NCBI GenBank assembly: GCA_973895155.1
Contig: OZ316893.1
Location: 15,964,645-16,028,644, forward strand
Direction of reading: 5' to 3'
Source of the DNA: Marsupella aquatica
Taxonomy: Eukaryota; Plantae; Marchantiophyta
Length of the DNA: 64,000 nucleotides
The notes under the pieces were generated by a model, which did no database searches, was not told where the DNA came from, and saw only the letters and a list, made by a program, of their open reading frames with translations. Made by a program: the position numbers and the translations under genes. Of this stretch, positions 1-13,088 are shown piece by piece (positions within the stretch are counted from its first letter, which is position 1; each line of letters begins with the position of its first letter).

Positions 1-3000
1 TTATTTCAGAGTGATTGGAAGAAGTAGTAGTAAGAGTCTGTTTGGTGCTGCGCCATGAAATTGGTATCGGGCCCATCAAGAAAATATATCCAGTTTGAGA
101 TTTACCATCTTGTGGATCGGATAGATAGCCAGCGTCAGCATATCCTGTTAAACTGTAATCTGCATCATAAGGAAAGTATAATCCAAAGTCGGATGTACCA
201 ATAAGATAACGGAATATCCTTTTAATACCGTTCCAGTGTCTGATAGTGGGCTGTGCGCTGTGTCTTGCGAGTAAGTTGACCGTGAATGCTATGTCCGGTC
301 GAGTTTGATTAGATAGAAACATAAGAGCACCGATAGCCGAAAGGTATGGCATATCTGAACCTAGTAAAGGTTTGAAATCTTCTCTCTTCCTGAACATATC
401 TTTTTGTATGTCCAAGGTACGTATATCCATGGGGGACTTCACAAATTTTAACGAGTCCATATGGAAATGTTTTAACACCTTCTTTGTGTAAGTCTCTTGA
501 TGTAGGAGAATGCCCGTTTGTAAATGTTCAAATTGAAGTCCAATGTAGTAAGAAGTTCTTCCTAAATCCCGCATTTCGAACACGCGTTTTAGCGTTTGTA
601 TAGATTCTTGCATCATCTTGTTTGTACCAAACAAGTTGAGGTCATCTACATAAATAGCAATTATTATGAATTCAGGTCCTTGATTCTTTATGAATAGACA
701 AGGCGCAATCTCTGAATTTTTGTATCCCATGGATATCATCTCTGTTTTGAAACGCTGGTACCAGGTACGTCCACTTTGTTTTAGGCCGTAGAGTGAACAA
801 AGAACCTGAATAGCAAATTGGGTCTTTCTATTTCCAGGAGTTTCCTGGAATGCAATTGCTTTAGAGGTATTATGGAGTACCAACTTATTTAAGTAGTCAA
901 ATTCATTTGCATGTTTGTTACTATGCATATTTGAATCATGATTTGAATTCGCATGGAAATTGACACGTTCTATAAGCTGTGGTGGAGCTTCCATATAGAT
1001 CACAGTGTCAAGTTGACCGTAAAGATAAGCGGTCACTATATCTAGTTGATGATTAAGAGTTTATGTTGGATTGCAAATGCTATCAAGTAGCGGTAAGTAG
1101 TTACATCCATGACTGGTGAATAAGTTAGGTCATAATCTGTGCCATAGATTTGAGTATATCCCTTTGCAACGAGTCGAGCTTTATATCTCACAATTTCTCC
1201 TTGGGAATTCCTCTTTTTGGTAAATATTATTCTGTACCCTGTAAGGTGTTGGTCTGGGGTAGCAATGGTTATAGGACCAAATACTTTTCGAGAGATCAAA
1301 GAGTCTAACTCTGAGTTCATGGCTATTTTCCATTTAGGCCAATCTGTTTGGTTTTGTGCTTCTTGGACAGATTTCGGGTCAGGTAAGTTAGTAATATCCT
1401 GTGATATATGAAAGGCAAATTGATCATCAGGTATTACTCTAGTTCTATCTAAGATATGGCCAGTGGTATTATAATGTATGGCTATCTCTGGGTGATATGA
1501 TTCTGAAATGTGAGTATGGGTTTTTGGTCTCATTTCAGATGATGTTGGTAGTTTTCGCCTTTGTCTGAGTTGTTTATCAACAGCCCCTACAGGGCGTCCT
1601 CTCTTGGGTTTTAATTGTTGATCAGAAGCTAACCGAGTTCCAATTTGAATCGGGGATGGGGTATTCGCTGCTGGGATATGGGATTTTGTAACATTCGCTG
1701 TATCTGCGAATGAATCAGGTATGGCTTCCATAATCTTTGTAAGTTGAATTATTCTTCTGACTTCTAATTCAGCCTGATCTGTGCGTGGATCAGGACAGAG
1801 TTCAGGACTAGCTTGCCAGGTGAATATTTTTGGTAATGTTAGCTGTTTGCCCTCTGGTAATGTCAGAGTGGGGAAGATGGTTTCATAAAAGTGACAATTT
1901 GTAAATCGAGCTTTGAATATGTCTGCAGTGGTAGGTTCCATGTAACGGATGATTGATGTAGAGTCGAATCCCACATAGATGCCTTTTCTTCTCTGAAGTC
2001 CTAATTTTGTCCATTTTGGACCTAGGATTGGTACAAGTACTTGACATCCGATTATCCTCAAGTGTGAAATGTCTGGAGAATTTCCAAATGCCAATTGATG
2101 AGGTGTAATGCTGTTGAAGGCTGATGGTCTGTATAGAAGAAGAGATGCAGCATGTAGGACTGCGTGTCCCCATGCAGTCGCTGGAAGAGAAGATTGCATT
2201 AATAGAGGTTGGGCTATTTGCTGTATGCGTTTAATAAGTGACTCGGCCATTCCATTCTGGAAATGTACATAAGGTACATTGTATTGTGAATCAATTCCAT
2301 TGATGAGGCAAAATTCATCAAAAGATTTCGATGCAAACTCTCCGGCTCCATCAGTCCTGAGGGTTCGAATTGGGTATTCTGGGAATTGAGCTCTCAATCA
2401 TATAATGTGTGCCAGAATCCTTGAGAAAATGAGGTTCCGGGTTGATAATAGGGAAACCCTTGACCATTTGGAGCTTGCATCTATGACGACCAGGAAATAG
2501 CGGAATGGGCCACTGGGAGGATCGATGGGTCCGCAAACATCTGCATGGAGTCTCTCAAGAAATGCAGGTATTTGATTTTTGGTTTTAGAATTGGAGGGAG
2601 CAGTAATCATCTTGCCCTGTGAGCAAGCAAGGCATGGTCCTTTGAATGTTCTAGGATGTACTTCTTTTGATACTCCTTTAGAATTATTGACAATTCTGTG
2701 GAACATGCTTGTTCTAGGATGTCCCAACCGTCTATGCCAGATCTCTGTGAGGTTCTGTGATTCAGTTTGAACATGGTAGCATTGAGTTCGAGTTGCATAG
2801 TATCCTAAAGGGTAAGCCTGTAAAGTTTCTTTAACAAGTCTGCCTTTTGATGAGTGAGATACTATTTGTAGAACTTCTCATGAGTCTTGAATATCTGTAT
2901 GAATATGTAGGTTATTCGCTCTTATGTCTTTAAAGCTGAGAAGGTTTCTCGTTGCTTGGGGGCATAAATCACTGATGTGATGTTGATTATTGTTCCTTCT

Positions 3001-4480
3001 GGGAGAACTACTGTGGCTTTGCCATGACCCTCCTCTATTTGATGTGGTCCCATGATAGTTGTTATTTTCCTTTGTGAAGGGGTGATTTCATGGAAATATT
3101 TACTATCCCGAAGGATAGTGTGGGTTGTGCCGCTGTCGACAATGCATAAATCTGGATCTTCAATATTTAATGATGAATCCAGCATATGTATTTCTGGTAT
3201 AATCTCTAGTGACTCCAAATAAGCCCCATGAGCTTTGAATTGCGATTCATCCAAGCTCTTCTTATAAAGTAGAACTAGGTGGCTAGGTGCATGGCATACC
3301 TTTTTGGTGCGCCCTTTAGTTCCGCACCTGTTGCATGTAATGGGATGCTCTTGTTTATAACTTGAGGTAGGTCTTTGTCGCTCCCAATTTTGTTGTTGAT
3401 GATCCACTCTGTTACTCTTCCAATTGTTTCAATTTGCATTGTTCATTCTTCCACGACCTCGTCCTCTATAGTTTGAACTGTTTCCACCTCTTTGGGAGAA
3501 ATTACCTCTCCCTCTCATTGTTCCTCGGCCACGGTATGAACCTCTCCCCCTCGATGTGTATCCATTTGTATTTGTCATATTTGTTTCTGCTGTCATATCC
3601 TGTGTAACTAAGTTGGTTTCAGTTTTGGTTGGTACAGGAAGTGTTCCCGGAGGTCTCTCCTTTGCATTGTTCATAAGGAGGATGGAATTTTTCTCTGCTA
3701 AAAGCATATGAGCAATGAGCGCCAAGTATGTTGTAAATGCCATGTTCCTATACTGATTTGAAATCACCAAGTTAGTTGGGTGAAATGTGGCCAATGTCTT
3801 CTCGATTTGCTGTTTATCACTGACTGGTTCTCCACACATTTGGAGTTCATTTGAGATTCTAAACATCTCACTGTTGTATAAATCTACTGATTTGAAATCT
3901 TGTACTCGTAGAGTAACTCAAGGTTGTAGAGCATTTGGCAGATTAATTGTTACGTAGTGATATGCTCGAATCTTGATTTCAATGCATCCCAGAGTAATCT
4001 AGGATTGTATACAGTCTTATATTGGCGTTTGAGAGGATCGACTAAGTGATGTCTCAGTAGTACCAAGGCTTGTGCCTTTGTGTATTGATCCACACCGACA
4101 TCTGTGTGTATGGCCTCTTCAATTCGTTTTGCTATGAGATGGACCTCCACATCTATATACCAATCATTGTAATTCTTACCATCTATTTGCAAAGCTAGAA
4201 ATAGAAGTTTTTTGATGGAGTTCGATGTCATTCTCGTATCAAGAATGTCTAATTGTTTTTCGAATGGATGTTTGGGTAGTGGTTCTCAATGTGTATCAAA
4301 TTGATGTATGTTATCAAATCTATTTTGTGAATCATCCCCGTTATCATTCCCTAAGGGTACGATGTTTTTACTGAAGAAATAGCCTGCATACGTTGCCCAA
4401 ATGTTGACAAATCTGTATAACTGCCAAGTATAACCGCCTCTGACAATGAACGACCCCTTAAAAAAAATTTAAGAGCACTC

Positions 4481-4494
4481 TCGTGCTGATAACG
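4481..4494 (-). promoter_or_regulatory. Primer-binding site complementary to the anticodon region of tRNA-Ile (half-tRNA priming)
   Basis: Plus strand TCGTGCTGATAACG abuts the LTR and matches the recalled plant tRNA-Ile(IAU) segment TCGTGCTAATAACG with inosine read as G. Confidence 0.7.
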
Positions 4495-4631
4495 TGTTAC
4501 AAACCTAATACACCAACAATGATATGATCTTCTATTCCAAGGAGAGAATATATACATATGGTAACTCTGGTTGGAGTTAACCATGGGTTCTAACTATAGT
4601 TAGTATACCCAATCATAGTTAGCGTATAACA
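4495..4631 (-). repeat. 5' LTR (about 137 bp) of the Bianca copia
   Basis: Minus strand reads TGTTATACG...GTAACA (TGTTA/TAACA termini), contains a TATATA box and is followed directly by the PBS. The partner LTR lies outside the window, so the outer boundary is not confirmed by pairing. Confidence 0.7.
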
Positions 4632-5536
4632 CAAAACATACTAGATATGTTCCACTGACTTCTTCTGAGGATGCCCGTCATAAATTGATGTTGAGTGTTT
4701 GCTACCCAAAAACTGATCCCAGACCCAGGGCGGCTTTCGCAAGTTCCAATAGATTGTCAGTTGGGTTCATGCAAGCCGTAATGGAGATCCTTAGTTTGTC
4801 AAAGGACATTGTCATTGATTGGACTATTGGAGATGGAAGTGCTTTTGCCGCTAGGGAATACGCAGGGAGATTTGTTGTGGGTGTTGAAGATCGAGACATT
4901 CTTCATCCGTGTGCTCAAAAACATCTGGCAAATGTGTTGGATAGACATGCCCAGAAGTTGAAAGGGGCCGCAGATCCGAAGAAAGAGGACCCCAATGATG
5001 AAGGATCGGACGATGAGTTCACCATCCCAGGAGATGATCAAGGAGGACCTTCAGATGAGAAGGATGAATTCCCGGATGAATTCAACCTGGAGTAAAGTAC
5101 TTGGCCTTTGATGTAGAACTCCCTATTTGGTGTTTTTCTGTTATTTGTAGAATTTTTGGATGCGTAGTATTGATCCAATGCTGGTGATTTCTTCAGTGAT
5201 AGGTGTTCGGATTGGTTTTCGGAGGAGAGATTCCGACTTCGAAAAGAAATCGAAGATCATTTTCTTGTGACCCCTGAGAAGGGATTCACGCTTCCTTGCT
5301 ATGCTGAAAAGTCTGAAAAGGAGGTTGATGAAGCGCCCGTCGTTTTGACTTGGGAGGGAAAAGGTCTGCAGTCAGTGAGGGGTGCTCGGAAAGCCCTTTA
5401 CTGCCCTCGGTTCATAGATGATGAGGCTGGTACTGTAACCCAGTATGTTGACGATTCAGCTGAGGAGACTGATAGGGAGTCGAGTAGCGATCCTAGTAAT
5501 TCCTCAGATGATTTGGAATCAGAGGATTCTCAATGA
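4632..5536 (+). pseudogene. 3' part of a gene interrupted by the copia; resembles the C-terminus of a beta-class N4-C/N6-A DNA methyltransferase plus acidic tail
   Basis: The frame is open from the LTR edge to 5095: RLSVGFMQAVMEILSLSKDIVIDWTIGDGSAFAAREYAGRFVVGVEDRDILHPCAQKHL. This parallels the N6_N4_Mtase consensus KPxxLxxxLIxxxSxxGDxVLDPFxGSGTTxxAAxxxGRxxIGxE. A second acidic open frame (about 5203-5536, CPRFIDDEA) may be a further exon. Confidence 0.55.
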
Positions 5537-6057
5537 CTAATGGTCAATTTTAGATGCAATCTCTTTCGAGAACATATTTGTCATTACAAAGTTTTATTAA
5601 AGGTGGATTGTGAAAGCTTTTCTGAACTGGTTTTGTTGACATTGATGATGCCTTTTCATTCAGTTCAGTGTTGTGAAGATCTCAAGTTTCTGGGTTGTGG
5701 ATATTTAAGTTTCTGCATTTCCCTTTCTCATAACTGTTTCACAATAAATTTATCCACAATCTTACTTGGGAATCTGCCTCATCTACCCTGAAGGTACCCA
5801 GAAAGTTGCCTCGCTAGCCTGCCTGCCTGCCTCGCTAGCAAAACTCCTGTTTGCTCGCAACATAGAATACCTCCAAGCATGCCACTGAAAAAGTTGTGTC
5901 TATTTGAGTAGCAATGAAAAATGTTTGAGTATCAGAGTTTCCAGTTTATCTCTTGGTTGCCATGGTTATTATCTACAGATTCTCTTGCACTTCCGCTTCA
6001 TGACACTATGAGGTTCCAGGAATTTTGTGTCGTGGTTACCATGGTTATTGTCTACAT

Positions 6058-6174
6058 GGTTTCTTACACTTTGACATCATGACACTGTATTCAGGGAATA
6101 TCAGCCTAGAGAGCCTCGGTTTCTTACACTTTGACATCATGACACTGTATTCAGGGAATATCAGCCTAGAGAGC
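6058..6174. repeat. 60-bp tandem duplication, with a diverged related copy at about 5956-6010
   Basis: ggtttcttacactttgacatcatgacactgtattcagggaatatcagcctagagagc occurs at 6058 and 6118. Confidence 0.9.
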
Positions 6175-6499
6175 TCTCTAGGCTGTGTGATAGGTCATTT
6201 GAGTTGAGACTCATGGGTGGGTCTAGAGTTCAAATATTGTGACTCATTGTTTTCTTTCAGGGGTTCTATGGGGTTTCACAGATTTTACCTAAATAAACTA
6301 AAATAAAAGAAGGTTTCGGGAACTGTAACATTCATGTGTATACTGTAAAACGTTTGTGTACATTCAAGCTTCCACTTCGATATTCCTACAGTAGTCGAAG
6401 GAGAGAAAAGCACCATGGTGGGTGGGCGAAGAAGATTACGAGAGCAAAAGGCGGAATGTGCTTGCCGGGCTGAGGTTTATCGTTCAGTAGTAGTTGCAA

Positions 6500-6622
6500 G
6501 AGAATTAGCCGAGCGACGAAGCTTTGCCCTCGGCCAAGGAGAGCGTAGCAGAGCTGGGGTTGAGAATTAGCCGAGCGACGAAGCTTTGCCCTCGGCCAAG
6601 AAGAGCGTAGCAGGGCTGGGTT
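6500..6622. repeat. 62-bp tandem duplication just upstream of the ClpR2 ATG
   Basis: gagaattagccgagcgacgaagctttgccctcggccaag.agagcgtagcag.gctggg occurs at 6500 and 6562. Confidence 0.9.
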
Positions 6623-6663
6623 GCGACTCTATTATCGTTTCGTTGCAGCTGATATTGTTGGAG

Positions 6664-9572
6664 ATGGCCGCGGTTCTCGGATCCGTTGCTGCGCGGCAGA
6701 ATCCTGCAACCCAGGTGTGGATCTCGAGCGGAGGCCATAGCGAGCGCTCTTTGAGAGATTCGAGGACTGTCCGGTGCGGTTCCCCACTTTTTTCCGTTTC
6801 AGCTGGATTTCCGATGTACGTGTCTACTGTAGTAGAAGAGGTCATTCAAGTGAAGCTTTTCTGTGGTCTGCGTGACAATAATACGTAATCTAGAATGTAT
6901 AGCGTTGTCATCTGTTTGGAGTGTATGGTTTTTTCCAGCATGAGGGTCGAGGACTGCTGATCGGGACTCGAACCTAGAATGTAATCGCACTAAAGGTGAG
7001 ATTCATCCGGAGCTTCAATTCTTGTTTGGTGGTTTTTGGCAGTTGTTCTTCCACCCGAGAGCTGGCCTCTACGTCGACGTCAATTGCGAGCCACACCGGT
7101 CTAAGAACGCTTCGGAAAGGTACATCCCCTTACACAGGTCCTTGCATGGGATGGCAATCTGATGCGCCGAGGGACACTTGTAAATGAACTTTTTTGTTGG
7201 TTTGGTTTGTGCTTTTGTTTTCAATGCTCAGATGGCAGGGCAGCTGTGGGGGGTTAAGGACCGTGAATAGGATTTAGGGTGCGGTATACTAGCTTTAAGA
7301 TGATGCAGCAAATGGATGTCAAGCTTCGAATTCGCAAGTCTTCTCTAGCTCAGACATTGAAGTTCTTTCGTTGCAAAGTAGGGTTAGGGTTCAAAGTTTT
7401 ACTCATGGTGGAGGAGTCATTGCAGGTTGCCTACAGAATTTTCGGGCTTCGGTTTCCTTCCACGAGAAAGTGCAGAATTCACTTAACGCAAGGTTTTGGC
7501 TCAGATTCCACCAGTTTTCGATTTTGCAAGCTGATACGGCCGCTCCTAGTCTGTCTGGATTCTCCAGGCTGTTCCTGTTAGTGAGTTAGTATTGCTGATC
7601 TAGTGCTCACATTCTTTAGCAGGGCTTCGAGTGGAGCATGTCGTGCACAGGTGACTATGATGCCTATTGGTACTCCTAAGGTCCCCTACAGGACTCCTCA
7701 AGAGGGAGGGTGGCAATGGGTGGACATCTGGAATGTTCTTGTAAGGGCTGTCTACCAACTCTATTTTGTTACTTGCTCTTTGGTTTTCCCTAGTTCACTT
7801 GGACATGCTGGTTGGGATATGAGAAAATGACAGAATTATCTGTCCAATCTTGTTGATATTCTTTGGTTGCTTGCAGTACCGTGAGAGAATCATTTTTATC
7901 GGACAATACATTGATGAGGAATTCGGTAACCAAATTCTAGCGACCATGCTCTACCTGGATAGCATTGACAACACAAAACCCTTGAATTTGTACCTCAACT
8001 GTCCCGGAGGAGATGTACGTGATTGTCATTCTGATTGTCGTCTATTAATTACTGTTGTAGCACGTCATTTAGTTAAACAGCTATTGTCGGAGATAGAGAT
8101 AAGTGGACCTCGTTTTTCTCGTTGGACCCGGTTTATCATTCCATGGTCAAGCTGCCGTTGTTGATGTACCATCTCAGTTTCCGGCAAGCTATGAGTTCGC
8201 TGAAACCCTTGTTCAATGGTCTGTGGACAGCTTACACCGTGCATGTCAATATATGACACCATGCATAGCATCAAGAGTCCGGTAGGGACACTGGCTCTGG
8301 GTTATGCTTACAACAATGCTGGATTAATTCTAAGTGCTGGGGAAAAGGTATCATCCCGTTAACTTTCCGTTGTTATCAGGTTCCTCAACAGGTCGCTTTC
8401 TGCAAAGCAAAATAATTAGAGTCATCCATATTTCAGAGCAGATGAGGTTTAAAGTTGTTGATCACTAGAGGTTATATTCCATTGGGATGAAGTCCGCATG
8501 GGACCTGTTTTTTACCTTTGAATTTTTTGGTATTGTCATGTGAGATATGGTGGTTAAGGCTTTGTTAGTTTATATTTCAAGGACTTTCTTGCTGTGGCGT
8601 TATTGATGGCGTCAGGGTTTGCGAGTAGCGATGCCGATGACAAGGATAGCGCTACAGTCACCTGCAGGGAGTGCACGTGGGCAGGTATAATTTAGTTGCC
8701 CATTTTTAATTGTTGTTTTCTCTTTGAGTTTCAGAGTTGAAGAAGTTTGAATAAAGTCAGCCCTACAGCAGCTTTCAGGAGGGCTGATAATACCTGGATC
8801 TCAGATACCTCTGATAGGATCTTGGTGGACTCAGCATGATTTTTGCTTTGCTGGTGGTGCAGGCTGATGATATCCAAAACGAGGCTAAGGAGTTGTCCCG
8901 AGTTCGAAATTATGTCTTCAACCAGGTGTCCAAAAACAGCGGGCAGCCACTGGAAAAAGTAAGTAAAAGCTATAATATATGAGAGGCCATTTCTGGTGAG
9001 CTCGTCACCTTGCTTGGGTGGACGAACCAGATGTCTGTTTGCGTGGTTGTCTACCTCTCATACAAGACGAATAGGGCCTCACGGTTTCCCGTCATATCTG
9101 AGCTGTCATTTTTCTAGGAAATTAAATATGCCAGTCGAACAAGTTCATGGAGGAAGAATTCTTTCTCGTAACAAAATTTATGCCCAGCAGTCTTGAAAGC
9201 TTATTTTTTCAAACTCTTGTCCCATGGCTAAGTAGTTTGAGTGGAAGGCAGTGGTACCGGTTTATTCAAGTCAGTGTGTAGTTTACCTGTTTAGTTTTAT
9301 GTCCTGACTGGTGCCCACCTGTGTCTAACTTAGAATCTTTGGAGTGGTTATATTATTGATGGATGGCTCTTTTGGGTCCCAATACATTTTCGTATTGTTT
9401 GTTCATACATCTCATCATCGTTTTGGTGCAGGTGACAAAGGATCTAAGTCGCATCAAGCGCTTTAGCGCTCAAGAAGCACTAGATTATGGCCTTATTGAC
9501 CGAATTGTTCGTCCACGGAGGATAAAGCCTGACGCCAAGAGGCAGCAAACCGCAGGTGTTGGACTGGGCTAA
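6664..9572 (+). CDS. CLPR2: Plastid ATP-dependent Clp protease non-catalytic subunit ClpR2 (about 9 exons)
   Basis: GT-AG exons: 6664-6773 (or -6815), 7043-7119, 7426-7492 (transit peptide, less certain), 7623-7740, 7877-8014, 8231-8347, 8616-8684, 8863-8958, 9432-9572. Product [56 protein letters not shown]...[24 protein letters not shown]...[17 protein letters not shown]. Catalytic Ser and His are replaced (AYNNAG, IALQSP), as in ClpR subunits. Confidence 0.93.
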
Positions 9573-11614
9573 AGTAAGTCTTACCACCCAAAATGAGTTG
9601 ATGACCCATACCTCTCGTTTGTCTGTTAGTATTGTGAACCTAAATTGGAAGATCTGCTGCACAAATAGCAACACTTGCAAATAAGTTTCTATTTTGTTGC
9701 CTTTTCAGGACAGTAGACATGATATTGTCAATGTCGTTCTCTTTGGATGAGTTGGTGGAAATGACTTAGGGGAGGCTTACATAACTCGGGGGCACAAATC
9801 GTCACTGTTCACCCATGACAAAAGTGAGGTCCATTGCATACACTAAAGTTAACCTGTTTGAGCCAAAATGTCTCAGGTTTAGAGAAAATAAACGCAAAGT
9901 CCTGAAATAGGAAGGAACCAAACGGTCCATCCTTTTGACCACCTCAATAGGAGGTCTAGGTTCTTGACCAAAAAAGCACTGCCACATCAGCAAAGAAAGA
10001 TCCGCCCTCACAACCAGACTGTGCCCCAAGTTCATGTAACGTGAAGTCTGTCTTGCTCCCACATTTGATTACAACTCAGTCATAGATGTGAAAAAGAGAC
10101 CACCCCCTAGTTCTTACACTCCAAATAAAGTTGTCAATGTCCATTTGGATAGGGCGTACAGTTTGAGCACCTGATGTGCAAAATGCTGTGTCTTCCCCAT
10201 AATACCTCAACGATCTTTATATACCATTGATATTGATATTGTATATTTGCAGGAGGAAGTGCAGAAGTTACTTAGTTTGTTCTAGTGAGTATGAACTATA
10301 GAAGCTGTAAGAACGTCAGACAACTCTTCGTTTTATCCAGCTTACAATGACATCAGGAACGAATTTAGTGCCTATAGGCACTATGCACATTGACGTGAGG
10401 TCACTGTGTAGCCCAAGTAAAATGTTCGTAGGTACTTTGTATTCATTAGCAGGTCAAAATTTGATACCCAAGATTTTGGGTAATGGGGTGCAATGTTGTA
10501 AATCTGTAGAAGTTAAAGAAGATTGTCCCAAGTTGGAAGGGTTCGTGGTCCGAATTATCTTAATTACATACTACCTGAAGTTTCATCTTACGGTCCTCAG
10601 TTTCCCTTGCGCTCGCTAGGGTTGTATTGCTTATGGTGATAAACATATCAGTAACAGGGAACTTAAAGGGTGCTGGGCGGAAGCAACTCTTTTGGTGAGT
10701 CAAATTGTCGTTAAGCTTATTAATTTTATGACCCGGATCTGGCATGAATATATATATCTAGCAATTATTAAATCTAATGGGGTGAGACAACAATTGGCTT
10801 CTTTACTAGCTGTCACAACAGTTTGGAGCTCTGGTTGGCCATCTAGTTCCAATCACCCTTCTGCGAAATCTTGTACATGGCTAATCCCGTGGAGAAACAC
10901 GAATCCGTGATCACACTGTTAGCAACCTCCAAAATCAACACACCACATGGATTGATCTCAGCTGATTGAGAGAAGAAAGTGACACAGTTTCCTACCTGAT
11001 GGGGATACAGATCTGAAGTGAATTTGAAGAGGACCAGTGAAGATCTATTCGCGAGAGATTGATCCCAGACAGGCTTCGAATAACAGATCCGAGATACTGG
11101 ACGAAGCAATCAAGATTGCTGCCAAACAGTTCTCTGATAATTATTCCCAGGAAACAATTCGTTCCTGTCAGTACTGACTTGAGACAGACTCCGCTCTCGA
11201 ATGCGCTTCGCGTTGTTCATCACTGAAGGCACTGCGACAAAGGGTCGATCATCAAACGGGACCAACGTGCTCTCACAGGTCATTCCCTTGCTCTTTGCGA
11301 ACATTAGAATGCAGTGAACATTATAGCTACCCCACCAGCCACGATCTGTGGAGTTCTACTGGCTCTCCCAAAATATTGAGTTCCAGGATCAAAGAATTCA
11401 CTCCGACTCTTTGAAGGCAGGATTTCGAGTTGGGAAATTGAACATGGATTCCTGGCCGACAGAGCTTCTTAAAAAAATTCGGACTCGAGCTTTCAGAACT
11501 TTGAAGTTTCGCCCTTGACACCTTTAGTAGGTCTCACAGCAGAGTCCACTTCCAGTTCTGCTTATGTACCAAATTCTACCTGGAACTTCCGGAATCTATG
11601 GAGGATGTAAATCC

Positions 11615-12572
11615 ACCATGAGTTAAATTTATGTCAAGTTAATGCACCCCGATTTTCTCAGGGCACCGTACACTGCCCGTCTCAGTCCTGGAACAACCGT
11701 CTCAGTCCTGCCTGTTCCAGTTCAAGTTTACTAGAACAAAAACAAATACTCTAACATTTTGTCACACATTCCGGTCACATCAACTTTGTGCCATCTACTT
11801 TGGGTTTATGTCTTGGCACCCTTCAATTTTGGTTACGTGCTCTGGCCCGATCGACTTTGACCAGAACATAAACCAAGGCTCTATTAATTGTGACTCTCAA
11901 TCAAGGTATTAGGTTCCCTTTGAACACTTGGATTCTATTATAAAATAGGTATAACTCCATTGGAAAAAATGTTGTGAGAACATAAACCATGACTCCATAG
12001 AAAAGAAGCATTTGGCAAAACATCAACCAAGAACATCAACCAAGACTCTATCAATCCACTCTTAACCAAAATACTAGGCTCTGCCTAAACACTTATACTA
12101 TGTTACCAAGCAAGCATGATTCAGTTGGAAAGAAGTGTTGTCAAAACATAAATCACAACTCCATAGAGAATAAGTATTTGGCATAACATAAACCAAGACT
12201 CTATCAAGCATGACTCTTAACCAAAGTACTAGGTTTCCCTTTACATTTAGACTCTGTTACAAAGCAAGTATGACTATGTTGGAAAGAAGTGTTGCCAGAA
12301 CATAAACCACGACTCCACAAGGAAGAAGTCAATGACACAAAGTCGATTGGGTCGGAGCACGTAACCAAAAGTGAAGGGTGCCAAGACATAAACCCAAAGT
12401 TGATGGCACAAAGTTGATCGGGCCGGAACGCGTGACAAAATGTTAGAGTATTGGTTTATGTTCTGGTAAACTCGGGCCGGAGCAGGCAACAACATTGGGG
12501 ACTGGGACGGGCAATGTAAGGTGCCCCGGTAGAGTGGGGGCAAATTAACTTGACGTAGATTTAACTTGCGGT
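11615..12572. mobile_element. Non-autonomous Mutator-like element (about 958 bp)
   Basis: About 240-bp imperfect TIRs (11615-11859 vs 12339-12572). 9-bp TSD tgtaaatcc / cgtaaatcc. Interior consists of degenerate ~150-bp direct repeats (cataaaccaagactctat...ttggaaagaagtgttg). Confidence 0.8.
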
Positions 12573-13088
12573 CGTAAATCCGACCGAAAGATTTGTGCGC
12601 AAAACATAAGTGTCAGTCCTGGATTCCTGGAAAGCTACTTCTCATGCACCTACAATGCCCCAAGCAAGCGTAGATCGTTGTCTCAAGATTAACTTGTATT
12701 TGAGTAGCTCTATTGAATTTGTCAAGATGTCTCTTTCTTGATCTTTGGTCAGGTCAGACATATTTGTCAGTGGCGCCAATTTGGTGTGCGCTTTGGCTTC
12801 CACTTTAGGTGCCAATTGCAGTCACTTTTTGTTTCTTATTCACAGTATAAAAATGTTTCATCAATAATGTGTAATGATTCAATTAGAGAAAAAAATGTGC
12901 GCACTTTCTCTATTTCAGTATAGGTGTTCTGTGTATCCAATCACATAATTGCAAAATTAGGCGACAGACATATTTAGGACCAATTATAGCTAGAATTCCC
13001 ATTTGTATAGTTTTACTTGTATCGTTTGGATATTCATTGGTCATAGGAACTAAAGACGTACCGTAACGTTTTAAACGGTATGTCGGTT

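Larger units (their letters stand above)
1..4631 (-). mobile_element. Ty1/copia LTR retrotransposon, Bianca lineage, degenerate; 3' part runs off the left edge
   Basis: Minus-strand order: gag (GKNYNDWYIDVEVHL...LRHHL, 4231-3429), zinc-knuckle remnant (CNRCGTKGRTKKVC), protease (IVDSGTTHTI), GAG-pre-integrase (GHP...CLAC), integrase (LHADVCGP, LRTDGAGEF, QNGMAES), RT (YKARLVAKGYTQ; IAIYVDDL near 650), RNase H start (GYADAGY near 140). Several stops and frameshifts. Short LTR and half-tRNA PBS fit Bianca. Confidence 0.93.

Noticed and set aside
4481-4494. tRNA-Ile gene
   Set aside because: Only 14 nt match and there is no cloverleaf; it is a primer-binding site.
10840-11520. Short minus-strand ORFs downstream of ClpR2
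   Set aside because: No recognisable domain and no consistent splice model.
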